Origin: Psammoneis japonica
Taxonomy: Eukaryota
Assembly (NCBI GenBank): GCA_008632985.1
Contig: QPGO01000089.1
Coordinates: 124,001 to 188,000, forward strand
Direction: 5' to 3'
Length of the DNA stretch: 64,000 bases
Within the stretch, counting starts at the first letter, position 1. Every line of letters begins with the position of its first letter. Below, piece by piece: positions 13,560-25,609 of the stretch. The notes beneath the pieces are model-generated. The model worked only from the letters and a program-made list of their open reading frames with translations. It made no database searches and had not been told where the DNA came from. Position numbers and translations under genes: made by a program.

Positions 13560-13870
13560 AAGACAGCGATTGCTTGTCATGCCAAGATAAATGTCTCCTG
13601 AGGACGCGAAACTCTTGCGCGCAAAGGACGACAGCGATGACTGCCATGTTCCACACCACTTTGCAGCTGTGGACACAGAAAACAAGTCAATTGTGTGGTC
13701 ATTGCAAGGTGCACTGTCAATGTCTGGATCCATCGTGGACATTCAGGGCATGGAATGCAAGTGGCGGGCATTTCTCATGCTGCGTTCTCACTGCAGGTGC
13801 AGAACGAACCCAGTCGTGACAGGCGAAACCTGCAAACAAGGAGTCTCAATGGCCTGTGCGTAAAGCATGT
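13560..13870 (+). pseudogene. Class-3 lipase-like gene fragment, mutated
   Basis: HFAAVDTENKSIVWSLQGALSMSGSIVDIQG resembles the Lipase_3 motif (F/Y)VAVDHxxKSIVxSIRGTxSxxDxxxD. Confidence 0.45.
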
Positions 13871-16169
13871 TCAGTGACCACTTTTGCCATGCCGAGATTG
13901 CAGACTTTTTCGCATCCCGTTGGTTTTCTCAACCGCTCAGGCAACTGTGTGAGGCATGCCTGAGCATGGGGCATGGCCAATGTCCCGCCCCCAGGTGTTC
14001 CGTGCGGGCACATTTTGACAATCGCAAACAAAACCAGTTTTCTCATCGCCAAGCTGCGTTTCTTCTTGTTGTGAAAGCAAGCCGCCTGGACCAGGTAAAG
14101 GCAAGCCGGAGCACAGCCACAAGTCACTTGTCTCTCGTGCAGAGCAATGAATCCTGGTGCATTGCCAAAACTGGGCACCGCAGCACAACAGCCGCAGCCA
14201 AGAAACTTTGACAGCAGGCACTTGCAGAATCATCTTAAAGCTCTTGATCAATGAGGTCGTTGTGATTTTTCCTGTGCTCAACATGTTGACAGGTTGCGCA
14301 CCTTTCGACAACATCTTTTGTTCTCTCTGCTCCACGAAAGACTGCTGAAGATGAGACGTCTACTCGCAAAAGCAACAGAGCATTGAAAACAGCAGCGATG
14401 GCATCAGAGTGCCACACGCGAGAGCTGCGACCGTCAACGCAGTCCATTGACATGCACACGGAATGAATGGCACGCAAGTGAAGATTGCTGTGCTGTGCTT
14501 TCAGTCTTTCTGCTTCTCTGTTGTAAAGGTTCAAAGTGTGTTTCGAACATTTGAAACACGCCAACATCAAAAGTTGACAGAAATCGGTCACGCAGGATGA
14601 CATTGCCTCAAGAGCGCCATCATTGGATGGCGCTCAAGCTCCCTCCTGTTTTTGGGGTGGAAAACCACCCCAAAAAAAAGAAAAAGGGGGGGCGCACTGC
14701 GGAGACAGCAAGAGAATCTTTTGAGTCAACCGTGCACTAAATCAACACTCCCTGCGAGTGAAGACTTGCCGCACCACGTCACTGACACGATGGAACCCCA
14801 AACCCCGTGTTCCGTCAACGGCATGATCTGCTTGGCGAGCTTTTGCTGCTTTGCAGACGAACGCTGCTGTCTGTTTCAACAGCCGTGACCTGACGGGTCA
14901 AGCGAACAGGCAACTTCCTGCGGTCAAAGACACAGGAGCAACATGGGCTCCAGGCCAGCGACACACACTCGATTTGCCCCGACCTCCGGACTCAACTGGC
15001 AACACCTGCATTGCCAATTTCCACAGCACATTTGTGCTGAAGCAACTTTGACAAAAAAAGAGAGACACGCCGCCAGCATTGGAGCCAAGCTCAAGGTGAG
15101 TTGGGGAAAAAGAAGGATCCGATCACACCGCGCGGATGATTCTGCGGGTGGTTGTTTGTCGTGCTTCTCGAATGATGAAGCGAAAGAGAAGTGCTTGACC
15201 CTTCTCCACAGACAGAATGCCAGCCTGAAACAGATGGTGTCGATGCTCCACAGGTGGGGTTCGTTGCACTTCTCTTCACCCATGGCACCATCATCATTCC
15301 CGCACCAATCACTGATGATTCCCTTGCGGCGTTTGTGCGGAGATGAGCAGATTTTTGAAAACGGGCGTTGTTTGAAAATGGAGGAAAATGATGTGGCTGG
15401 AAAACCAATGGGTGTCTTTTGCTGTCACATTTTGTGCAATTTTTGCGAACCCCTGCGACGTCAGCCAAACTTCAAACAGCGCGAGCTCCGATCTCCAGAT
15501 TTCCTTGTCTCTACACTCCACACACACCGCACCGCATGCTGCCACAAGCCATGTGCACTGGTGCAAAAATCACGCAGAAATTTTACGTAGAAAAAAAATC
15601 ACAAAAATCAGGGTTTGGGCCGATTTTTTTCTCGTGCTTCTACCGTGCTTCTCCGCTCCACCGACGCCTCAAGGAATCGTTTTTCCCTGAAACCATTGAC
15701 ACTTTGCATGATGACTTTTACACAAGTGACACCATTCTGTGCATGAACACTTCAAAATTCCATTTTCAGAAATTTGATCAACACTTCACTGTGGTCTCAC
15801 CACGGTGAACATTTTCCAATGATGGAATTTTGCGGAACGGTGGACATCGTCGTGTTTGTCACACAAAAAAGTGAGCACGCAAAGTGTCAGCCGTCATGTC
15901 TGAAAACGATTCCTTGAGGTCGTGGCCTGTTTTTCGCAAAGCACGGGGCGGGGAAAGCACGACGAACAAGACACTGCTGCGTGAATTTTCTGCATGAGTT
16001 TTGCACCAGAAATCGGCCCAAACCCTGTTTTTTGGGACTCACAACCCCTGCACATGGCTTGTGCTGCCCATGGTGGACGGCGCCAGTCATCATGTCAATG
16101 TCGTGCTGAACTTCACCGGTGTCACAACATGCTAAAAGCACCCACAATCATGGGCTGAAGTGGGGACAA

Positions 16170-17175
16170 GAATGTTTCATCTCATGAGATCGCATCGGTG
16201 CGGCGGATCAAAAGGTCGGCGATGCCGATGGATGACAGGCAGATCGGCGCCATTGTTTGTCAATGCGAGCAATGCCCCGGATGACTTTGATCCATCCAGA
16301 GCTGTGGTTTGTGACTCCTTTGTGTCACATGAAGAAGGAGAATCTCCAGTGTTGGATGTGTTGGCTCGAATGCGTCGGCAAGTGACGTGAGCTTCATGCA
16401 GAAAAGTGCCTTTTGCTTCTGACACACTCACAACCTGCTTCTGTTGAAGCACCGCCACTGGACGTCGGTGCGAAAAGGGACACTGGGATGCAGTCATTGC
16501 GGGCTACAAAGAAGTGGAGCTCTTGGATGAATCTGTGCTCAGCGACGCTTCAAGAATTTGGGGGAAGTCTCCAGCCAGCTGCTGGCTGAAGAATTTTGTG
16601 TAGAAATTGTGCTGAAAGAGTCTGTCAATCTGTGCGTCAGGGGGGTTTGGTGAAAGCTGCACAGACTCGTCTTCTTTTGCGTGCGTAAAAATTGTGCTTG
16701 CAAAACCCCCAAACGCACTGACAAGCAGACTTTTTTCAGCCAGCAGCTGGCTGGAGTCTTCCCCCAAATTGCAATGGATCGTGTTCGAGAGCAATTGTTG
16801 ACCCATCATTTGCACACTTCCAGAGAAATTTTGTTTCTGCCGTGTCACGCGATTGATTTGAAAAAGGATGGCAGGCTCAAGGCTCATGTCGACTCTGTCA
16901 AATTCTCTGGAGATGTCGTTTCCGGAGTTGGTCTGCCATCTTCCAGCATCATGAGACTCAGACCAGAAACTTCAACTCAACAACAAGGCAAGATGATTCA
17001 GAGGAGCAGTCGGAAGGATGGGTCGACTTGCATCTTCCACCCTTGTCACTCCATGTTTTTTCAGGAGCGACTCGATGTCATTGCACCCACCAGCCACTTC
17101 CCTCTGCCTCTGTCTTTGAAGCACCCGACGGAACAGCTGCGACTGTCATTCGTGATCAACGACTCAGTGTGACAT
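16170..17175 (+). pseudogene. ALKBH7-like 2OG-Fe(II) dioxygenase copy, mutated and interrupted by a MITE
   Basis: RRCEKGHWDAVIAGYKEVEL...AIDLKKDGRLKAHVDSVKFSGDVVSG...SSSIMRL matches the ALKBH7-family HWDxxI and HVDS motifs; frameshifts present. Confidence 0.75.
16559..16766. mobile_element. MITE, 208 bp, about 32-bp TIRs, AATT TSD
   Basis: tgggggaagtctccagccagctgctggctgaa versus the reverse complement ending at 16766 (1 mismatch); aatt at 16555-16558 and 16767-16770. Excision restores the frame SDASRIAMDRVREQLL. Confidence 0.88.
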
Positions 17176-17803
17176 TCCTTGATGCCAAGGATTCGTAAAT
17201 GGTGTGTGGTGTGCTGGCAGCTCTCGTTGCGCATTGCTCGAACGTGGTTCCTTCTCTTTAGATGGCTCTTGGTCAATGCACACATGGGTCACCGTCTGAC
17301 GTGCAAGTTCGCGCTTGCATTGAAAGGACGACAACACTGCGGCTTGAATGAAGCCTCTCACAAAAGAGAAAACCCTGTCTGTGCACTGCACTCTGTTTTC
17401 AATGCAGATGTCATTGCACTCACGCCCATCTTGTCTCGTTCTTCTTGCGATCAAGATCCGGCTTTGCGATCTCAATCATTGAGTGGGCAGGCCGTTTTTG
17501 TGCTCTCCACCTCGTGCCGGTGGGGGGAAAGGGAAAAAAGTGTGTCATCAAGTGTGTCATGAGTGTGTCACTCAAGTGTGTCAATTTTTTACGCGCAATT
17601 TTGCACGTGTTTCGTCCAATGCGATTAAAACAACGTCACAGTGACGTCCAGTGACAGAAGGCCCGCACACGCCGCCACGTGTGCGTGTGAAGAGGAACCA
17701 CCACCACACGATGCAATCAGAATTCTGAACTGATGCGCGGCCACCCACCACACAGTGCACACCGTCCAAGTTCACATTCACATCGTTTGTGTGTTGGCAG
17801 ACC

Positions 17804-18964
17804 ATGATGTCGTCAAGTGTAAAGAATGACTTTCGTGCACTAAAGGCAGCTGTCAAGACTTCCATGAGGGAAGGAGGAATCCATTGTTTTGCCGCATCCA
17901 TGGGAGGTGGGGCAAACAACATGGAGGAAACACCCACCAAGCACATTTGTTTGCCTTGCGCCGCTGAGCATGGGGTGGAGTGTTCCATCCAGAAAGCCAC
18001 CACCCTCACCAGCCACTGCCAGAAGCATGGCCCTAAATGTGTGCACTTCAAGGCCTGGAGGAAGCACTTGAAGAGTCTTCAGAAGAAAAGGGGAAAAAAT
18101 GATGTCTCTGAGGGCACCAACAAGAAAAGGAAGATGGCTCCAAACAGCGACTTGGATGATGATGTCTCTGAGGACACTGACGGTTCCTCTGCCTGCAGTT
18201 CCTCTGATGATGCTGTTGCTGCTGATGGCTCTGATGATGCAAAGGTGGCAAAGTTGCCCCAGAAACACAGGAAGAAGAAGAGCAACAAGACAGGAAAGAA
18301 GCCCAACAAATCCCATCATGAGGGCATGGCAGAAGAAGACACACCGGCGGGCCACGGTGGCAAGGCCTTCCCAGAGGTTGCTGTTGTTGAAGCACATGAG
18401 CCCAGGAACAGGCGCCCGGTGGCAGCAGAGGATGCCATTGTTGCACAACATGGAAGGAAAAAGCAGATGGCAATGAAGACCATTTTGTCACACCGACTTG
18501 CCCCCAGGGGAAATCTCAAGGATCCAAAGAACTACGAACAGCACCACGTCGGGGACAAGGACCAACCTGAGGAAGATGAGCAGGTGGGTGATGGGGAGGA
18601 TGGGCAGAAGGACAAGCCGCAGGAGTTGCAGGACGAGCAGCAGAGGCATGACGAGCCACAGGAGGAGCAGTGCGAGCCGCAGGACGAGCAACAGGACAAG
18701 CACAAGTCCAATCCTTTTAAAGGTCGATCTGCAGCTGCTGCGACCAAGGCATGGCATGGCTACATTGAGTTTCAGGAGGGCCACAAAAGCGACAAAGACT
18801 TCAAAACAAAGGTGACCATGTTGGGTTGTTTTGAGAGAATTGGAGGAGAGAAGGTTTTTGTGTTGAAAGCCTTGGACAAAAGCAGTTGCGCCGAATTGAA
18901 AAACGCAACAAAGGCTTGTCCACCAGATCCGGCAAAGGCTGAAAAAATCTTGCGCCACATGTGA
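17804..18964 (+). CDS. MULE accessory ORF (Cys/His zinc-finger-like N-terminus, Lys-rich and acidic tracts), heavily mutated
   Basis: Open frame of about 386 aa inside the TIRs; CLPC...HCQKH motif, KKRK NLS-like patch. Confidence 0.5.
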   Translation: MMSSSVKNDFRALKAAVKTSMREGGIHCFAASMGGGANNMEETPTKHICLPCAAEHGVECSIQKATTLTSHCQKHGPKCVHFKAWRKHLKSLQKKRGKNDVSEGTNKKRKMAPNSDLDDDVSEDTDGSSACSSSDDAVAADGSDDAKVAKLPQKHRKKKSNKTGKKPNKSHHEGMAEEDTPAGHGGKAFPEVAVVEAHEPRNRRPVAAEDAIVAQHGRKKQMAMKTILSHRLAPRGNLKDPKNYEQHHVGDKDQPEEDEQVGDGEDGQKDKPQELQDEQQRHDEPQEEQCEPQDEQQDKHKSNPFKGRSAAAATKAWHGYIEFQEGHKSDKDFKTKVTMLGCFERIGGEKVFVLKALDKSSCAELKNATKACPPDPAKAEKILRHM

Positions 18965-19345
18965 TGGTGCAGAAACTCCTTGATGTGTGACATTGTGCAG
19001 CTTCATGTGTCAACACTAAACCGGCATTTACACCCACATGTTGTCATGCCATGTTTGTTGTGTCACATCACATCATGTGATGTCATGTGATGACATGTCA
19101 TGTCACATCACATGATGACATGATTTTGCACTTCAGCCAAACACACAACAATTTCGTTCACGTGTGACATTGTGCAACTTAATGTGTTGACATCATGTCA
19201 CATTGACCCAAAATGAGCTAAGATGAGCTAAATGTTGAAGAGCCCATGTCTGGATTTACCATCACGCTGCATGCAATGGTGCTTGAATTGTGCCATGATT
19301 TCACCTGAGATGAGCAAATTTTCAATTTAACCTGGTGTGAGCATC

Positions 19346-19560
19346 AAATAAAATTGCAGAACCAATGTCTGAATTTAAACAAAATTGCAGAACCAATGTC
19401 TGAATTTGCTTTGCTCTGCATTTGACAAAATTGCACAACTTTGCAGAACCAATGTCTGAGTTTGCTTTGCTCTGCATTTGACAAAATTGCATGACTTTGC
19501 AGAACCAATGTCTGAGTTTGCTTTGCTCTGCATTTGACAAAATTGCACAACTTGACACAG
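19346..19560. repeat. Tandem repeat, about 57-bp unit, 3-4 copies, inside the MULE spacer
   Basis: ttgcagaaccaatgtctga(a/g)tttgctttgctctgcatttgacaaaattgc repeated. Confidence 0.9.
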
Positions 19561-19742
19561 ACAATTGACAATTTTGCAGCTCATCACATGACACCAAAAA
19601 ATGAAATGTTGTCACAAACTAAATTGCAGAACTTGAGACAGACAATTGACATTCACGCAGTTCATCACATGACACAAAATGGTCACATTGTTTAACATCA
19701 TGTCATGTTGTGCAACATCACATGACACAACATCATGTCATG

Positions 19743-22700
19743 TCATGTTGTGTCATGTGATGTGATGTGATGTTGCACTTGAGTCAAACACACAATTAAA
19801 TGCCACACTTTCACAATGTGCATTGCAACTGAGTGACATGAAATGCAATTTTGTTGCAAACTAAAACGATGTGGTAAAATGTGATGTGGTGAAACAAGTC
19901 TCCACACAGCCAAAAAAGTCAGATGGAAGTGAACTTTTTGGGGCACCAGGCAACTCTTCTCCTGGTTGCCTGGTGATGCCCTCAAGGGGGGGCGCTGCTT
20001 GTTTCTGTGTCCAACAGTGACTGGAGCACCCTTTTCGCCTGCAGTGAAAACGAGTGTGTTTTGAGCACACTCTGTTGTTGTGTGGCAGAAGATTTCCTTC
20101 TTTGGCCTTCTCCGCACCCTCACCTGCATTGCCTCCTGCCCTTTCTTAACTCTTCCTTCACATCCCCTGCACTTTCTCCAGGACTCCATTCTGTCCACAA
20201 ACACAAACCTGAACTCCTCTTGAGAGCTGCCATTTGCCAATTCTGTGGTTGTTGACGAAGCTGCTTCTGGCTGCGGATGATTTTCTGGAAGCTCCTTTGG
20301 TTGATCAAGGGGCTCCTTTGGTTGATCAAGGGGCTCCATGTTTTCTGGAAACTCCTCCATTGTGCTGTCATGTTGCATGTCAAGGTTTTCTGGAAGTTGT
20401 TTCTCTGGGCTGGCAAGAGCTGCTCTGTTCTCCCTGTCCAACACTTCGCACAAAAGCCACTGCAGATGAAACTCAGTCTCTCCATTGTTTTGCATGTCTT
20501 TTGCCTCCGCCTCTGTGACCTCAAGAGAGTGCACTTGACATTGTGGAGTGCACGTGCCATCATGTGCAACAAAGCAGTTTGGCAACTTTACAATGGTTTT
20601 GAAGTGGTTGCTGGTTGCCAAAATTGCTCCCTTGAAATGCAGTTCTTTGTGTTTGTGAGGAACAACAAATGGCAAAGTGTTGAATCTTTGAGAGGAAATG
20701 CTGCTGTTTCCACTTTCGTCCACCCCAAGCCCCATGTCTACAACCAACAAGTTGGACTCAAATGACAACAGCTCCTCTGTTTTCACAGTTGTCCTTTCAT
20801 GACACATCGCGCAATTTACTCTCCTTTGCTTTTTGAAAATTTCAGATTCAAAAAACTCAAGGTCAATCCTGCACAGCTTGAAAGGTGCTCACCCATCCAC
20901 CTGCCAAGTGTCTCTTGCAGCTGAGAGAGGTCATCGATGCACTCAACAACAGTGCGTGTTTCTGTCACATTGGTTGGCTGTGCACTGGGGCACCAATCTT
21001 TTCCACCAGTGCAGTTGCGCTCAAATTTGACCTGAAACTCGAATGACTCTAAGAATGGGTGACCAAAAACAACCGAAATTGATGGGCCAAACATGTCAAA
21101 CTTTTTTGCATGTGTGCTGCTCCTCACCACTGTGCGATCCATGTAAGGCAGCACTGTCCGGTCAGCCACCCAAAGATGGCAAGCATCATCATGCCTGCCC
21201 ACCTTCATCAGAGCCACAGTTCTTGCCAACAGGTGATCAGGCTGTTGAAGCTCAGCCATTGGCCTGTTCAGCAGACCAAGGTGGTCAAGGCCTCCAAAAA
21301 GAACAGCAAAGCTGTCCACAGGGCATGTGTTTGTGATTCCTCTGTGTGAGGGGGTGCCCTCCACACCCCACCTTGGTGGGTCAAACATCCTGGCCATCAT
21401 GGAATTGGGGTCATCCCAAGAGCAGAAGTCTGTGACTGATGTTTGCATTTGTGTCTTGCTTGGCATTGTTGATGCGTCTTTTTTGGAAGTTTTTCGTGAT
21501 CGCTTGAGCAGCTTTTCTGACGTGTCAGGAGCTCTCCCATCATTTGTGAACTTGTGCTTTTTGCTCCTTTTCCTTGGACTGTTGCAGCCACTCTTAACTG
21601 TCTGAAAAGCGCCACAACGAGTGGGGAGTCCAGCCTGAACTGCCTTCCTGTCTTGTTGATCGGAGTTGCAGAACTTCCATGCATGAAGAAGCGTTTCTCC
21701 AACTGTCATTTTTTTCCTGACTGTGCATGTTTGAAAACGCTTCCCAACATTCTCTTGAGCATTGGTGTCATCACAAAGGCTGTCATTTTTTTTTGCCTGC
21801 CTTTCATTGAGATTTTTGCAAGCACCGAAAAAAATTGTGGCTCGTTTGGGATTGAGGCACCACTTTAACCAAGAAGTGACCTTTGGGAAGCACTTGAAGA
21901 ACAATTTGCAGCTGCTCTCCAACTTTTCGTACTGTCCTTGTGCAAATGACCTCATCTCATTTACCTGGCGGTTGAACTCGCCCTCCAAATCAGCAGAGAC
22001 AACACCTCTGTTGCGGGCAACTCTGGCACGTGACCTCTCAAAGTGAACATTGCAAAACTTGCAAAGGTGATTGGTTTCTTCATCTGCAACCTTTGCCTGG
22101 TCAAACTTTTCTTTTGCAAACACTTTCATGGCTGCAAAAAAACCCTTCCGAATGGCATCTGAGAAGTCGCTGGTGTTGCCAGGAAACTCGTCCACAAACT
22201 GCGGCCACGACTCAGCTCGTGTGCACTGGAGCACAGCCTGCCAGTGCACCTTGCAGTGGGCTTCTGTTTTCCCAAACAGAATGCTGATGCAAAGAGGGGT
22301 CCACATTTGCAGGGTGAGGTCGATCCCTGAGGTGAACGTGACATTGATTTCACCTTGGAAGTCCGGATCAAAAACAACACCTTCCACAGAGTCTGTTTGC
22401 AGGGGGGCTGTTGCCTTCTTTCAACAGCTCAATCATGTCATCATTTTGCACAATGATGTGTTGATTTTCTGTGGTGAGTTGCTCACTTTGAATGAAGGAT
22501 CTGCCCACATCATTTCTGAAGTTTGCCAGCTCTGCGATTGAGGAGCGGACAGACATGGGCTTCAGCGCCTTTTGGCGCAAACAACTCACTCTGTCCAAGT
22601 TGAACAATGATGGGTGCAGCTTTGAAACTGGTGCCCTGGTTTGGTTGCCAACCCTGAGCTGTGATGGAGTTGCCTCTGGAGCCAAAATGGACAAGATTGT

Positions 22701-23559
22701 CAAACGCACTTTGTGCTTGAGGCGTCAACTTTGATGGTGGGGGCTTGGGGTGTTTGTGTGTTCCTTTGTGCTGCACAAGCCAAGCAGAGCCTCCATCCTT
22801 TGTGAAGGTCATTGTGCAGGTGCAAGGCATGTGCTTCATTGCTGGCACCTTGCCCTCTGCGTTGCTTGGACAGTTTGGGCACACCAGCTTTGATGGCATG
22901 GGAGGCATGAACTTCTTTTTTCCACCCTGTGGCTGGCAGGGCCTTTCAACAAAAAGGCTGCAACCTGTGCAAATGTGGACACCCAAGCAGTGTTTGTAAA
23001 TTGTCTTTTTGGTGCCACGCTCAACACGAGAGTAGACTCCCATTGCCCAGCCAACACCTGGGCAGCGGCCTGGCAAATCTCCAGCAACAGACCACACTTG
23101 AGAGGAGTTGGGGAACTCGGGCAAGCCCACGTTGATGTTGGACAAGCCAGGGACAGAGGCAGCAGATGGGCCCAGGTCTGAAGTGCCAGACGGAGCTTTG
23201 GCAGAGGGGAAGCTTTTGGCAGCAGAGTGAGGCTGCCCCAGTGATTGGGTGCTTTTCCTGCCAACGGAGGACGGCGACAGCTGTGACACCTGAGCTCTGC
23301 GGGCCGCAGGTTGGCTGGAGCTGGGCTGCATTGGCGAAAAGCCAGCTTGAGCTGGAGCAGGCCAAGGTGTGGCAAGGTCAGGAGGCACAAGATTGGTGCC
23401 AGCTGCATTGTTCACCATCAAAAGCAGGTCTCTTTGGCGTTGCTCAAACTCCATCCTCTCCAGCAAAAGCTTGGATTGCACAAACTGAGCAAAGAAGCCT
23501 TGCTGTGCTTGTGGGGGGGGAGTGAGCCCATCCTCAGGCTCGCCCTTGGAGGTGCTCAT
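19743..23559 (-). pseudogene. MULE transposase with an N-terminal GCM-like (WRKY/GCM1-type) DNA-binding domain, frameshifted
   Basis: GWAM...KHCLGVHIC...CPNC...C...KGTHKHPKP (about 22740-23060); then DSVEG, SDFSDAIRKG, CNVH and TNAQE MULE-type motifs. Split over at least three frames (shifts near 22700 and 22400). Confidence 0.78.
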
Positions 23560-25609
23560 GGCTCAGCTGATGGTGTTTTTCAGGAGAAAAGATTTGTTGA
23601 ACAAGCTTGAGTTGAGATTTTCTGTCAAAATTAAAAATTGGGCCGCCGCGTCTGGCGGGTGGGTCAGGCTTCCTTTTTGCAAAAATGCAAAGACCAGCAA
23701 GAAGCTGCAAAGTGTGGATGGAACTCACCAAGCAGTGCTGTGCACTGGGCTCAGATCTGAACAAAAAACTTTCTCAGCCTCTTGGGGAACGACACTGAAC
23801 AGGAGAGGAGCAGGGGGCTTTCCAGAAAGGGGCGGCGACCGGTGCCTGGGCTTGCTGTGAGAAAAGTTTGTTGGTGCAGAAATGAGCCAACTTTTTCCCT
23901 GCTGGTGTTCTTTGTGGTTTTCTCCAACCAGCGCAAGTGCTCTGAGCACACCAGATCAATGTGTTCACCACTGGCAAAGCCGAATTAGTGACAACCAGGT
24001 GCCACAATTTTTCTGCACAAAATCTGCACCAGAGTCCTGCAGAAACAGTGTTCTGGACACAATTTGGCAGACACAAAAGAAAAACAAGTGCTGTTGACTT
24101 CTTTGTGTGACCAGAGTTTTTGTCAAGTTTTGGTGAAGAGCAGAAACAAGGAGAGAAAGAGTTGGTTGCGGAAGAAATGAAGCTCCTGTTGGTTGGCGTC
24201 GATTTGCCATTTTGATGTTTTGTGGTTCGCATCATGCAAAAAGGCGTGGATTCAACGCACAGTGTAGAAATCCACGCGGTCAGTGCTGCGGAAATCCACG
24301 GGATTAAACACAAAAACTCCAACTCAATTCTGGTTGCATGGACATTGGCACACAATGTCGTACAACACACTTTTCCCTTTTCCGCCATCAATTTGGTCGT
24401 GATTTTCGTGCATTCCACATGTTTGTGTGCCGGCAAGGGGGCTGTAGAAATTGAAAAACAAGTGTGTCAGGGGCAATTCAAATCGGTAAAAAAGTGTGTC
24501 AGCAAGTGTGTCACCCTTGTGTTTTTAAGTGCGCCACCCATGAGCAAACGAGTGTGTGTCACCCGGGTGCAGTTTGTGCAGAGTTTGCGTGATGGCATGG
24601 CACACTGACACACTTGACACACTTGTGACACACTTTTTTCCCTTTGCTCTGCCGGTGGTCACACCGGCATTCATTTCAAAATAATGTCACCGGGGAAGAT
24701 CAGGCTGGTGCTCCTTTTTGTGATTCGTGGACACTTTTTGGCACTTGTCTGCAACGGATGGTGGCACAATCGTTGCTCAAGATGCAAATGTGTGGTCATT
24801 CATGACATTCTTCTCACATTGGTTGGAGCATTTCGCTGCTTTCAACTGCCAGCAAGCACGAACCATGGTGACATTGCAAGCCTCAAATGAATTGTCCACT
24901 TGTTTGAACGTTTCGCAGGTGTTGTGAATGAAAATAAATGGCAAACTGCTCCAGCAACAGAGCACTCAGTGTCGATCATGTCGTTGGCAGGGCCCTGCCA
25001 CAACTCAGCCTCTGCTCGAGTGCCAAACTCTCGGCATCGCTGCTGTCCATTTTCATTTTATTTGGGCCATCGCGCGCAACAGGAATCATTCGAAAATGTC
25101 GCGTGGGTCACAATTGATGTTTTGCACAAGGAAAAACACAAAATCGTGCAGAAATGCACACAATGTCATGCGAGAGAGTGATTGGAGCTAATGACTTTTC
25201 GGGAACTGAATTGAAATGCTGTCTGGTTGACGGCATTGGCCTTCACTGTGTGAATCAAAATGCCGTCAATCAGATGGCATTTCAATTGATTTCCCGAGAA
25301 GTTGACATTCGTGTGTGGACGGATGGACAGACTGACAACAATTGTTTCTACGTGATGACTCTCAGGACCCGAATGATTCCCATTGATCACATCGCATGGA
25401 CAGACGCGCGGTCGCGACCCCCACTCATGTTTTTCTGGGGAGCCAGGACCAAGTTCAAAGTTCACGTTGAAAGTTCAATTCAAAAGACAACGAAGCTGTT
25501 GCAAGCTCAAGAGCAAAAGGTGGAACAAAAGAAGTGTGTTTCTCTAATTTTGTCAGAGAGGAAGGCTTTTTAAAAATTTTGCAAACAAAAAACAACCTCC
25601 AAGGAAATT

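Larger units (their letters stand above)
17524..24649. mobile_element. Full-length Mutator-like (MULE) DNA transposon, about 7.1 kb, with two convergent ORFs
   Basis: Termini ggggaaagggaaaaaagtgtgtca and (rc) gagcaaagggaaaaaagtgtgtca; subterminal AAGTGTGTCA repeats; 9-bp TSD tgccggtgg at 17515-17523 and 24650-24658. Confidence 0.9.
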
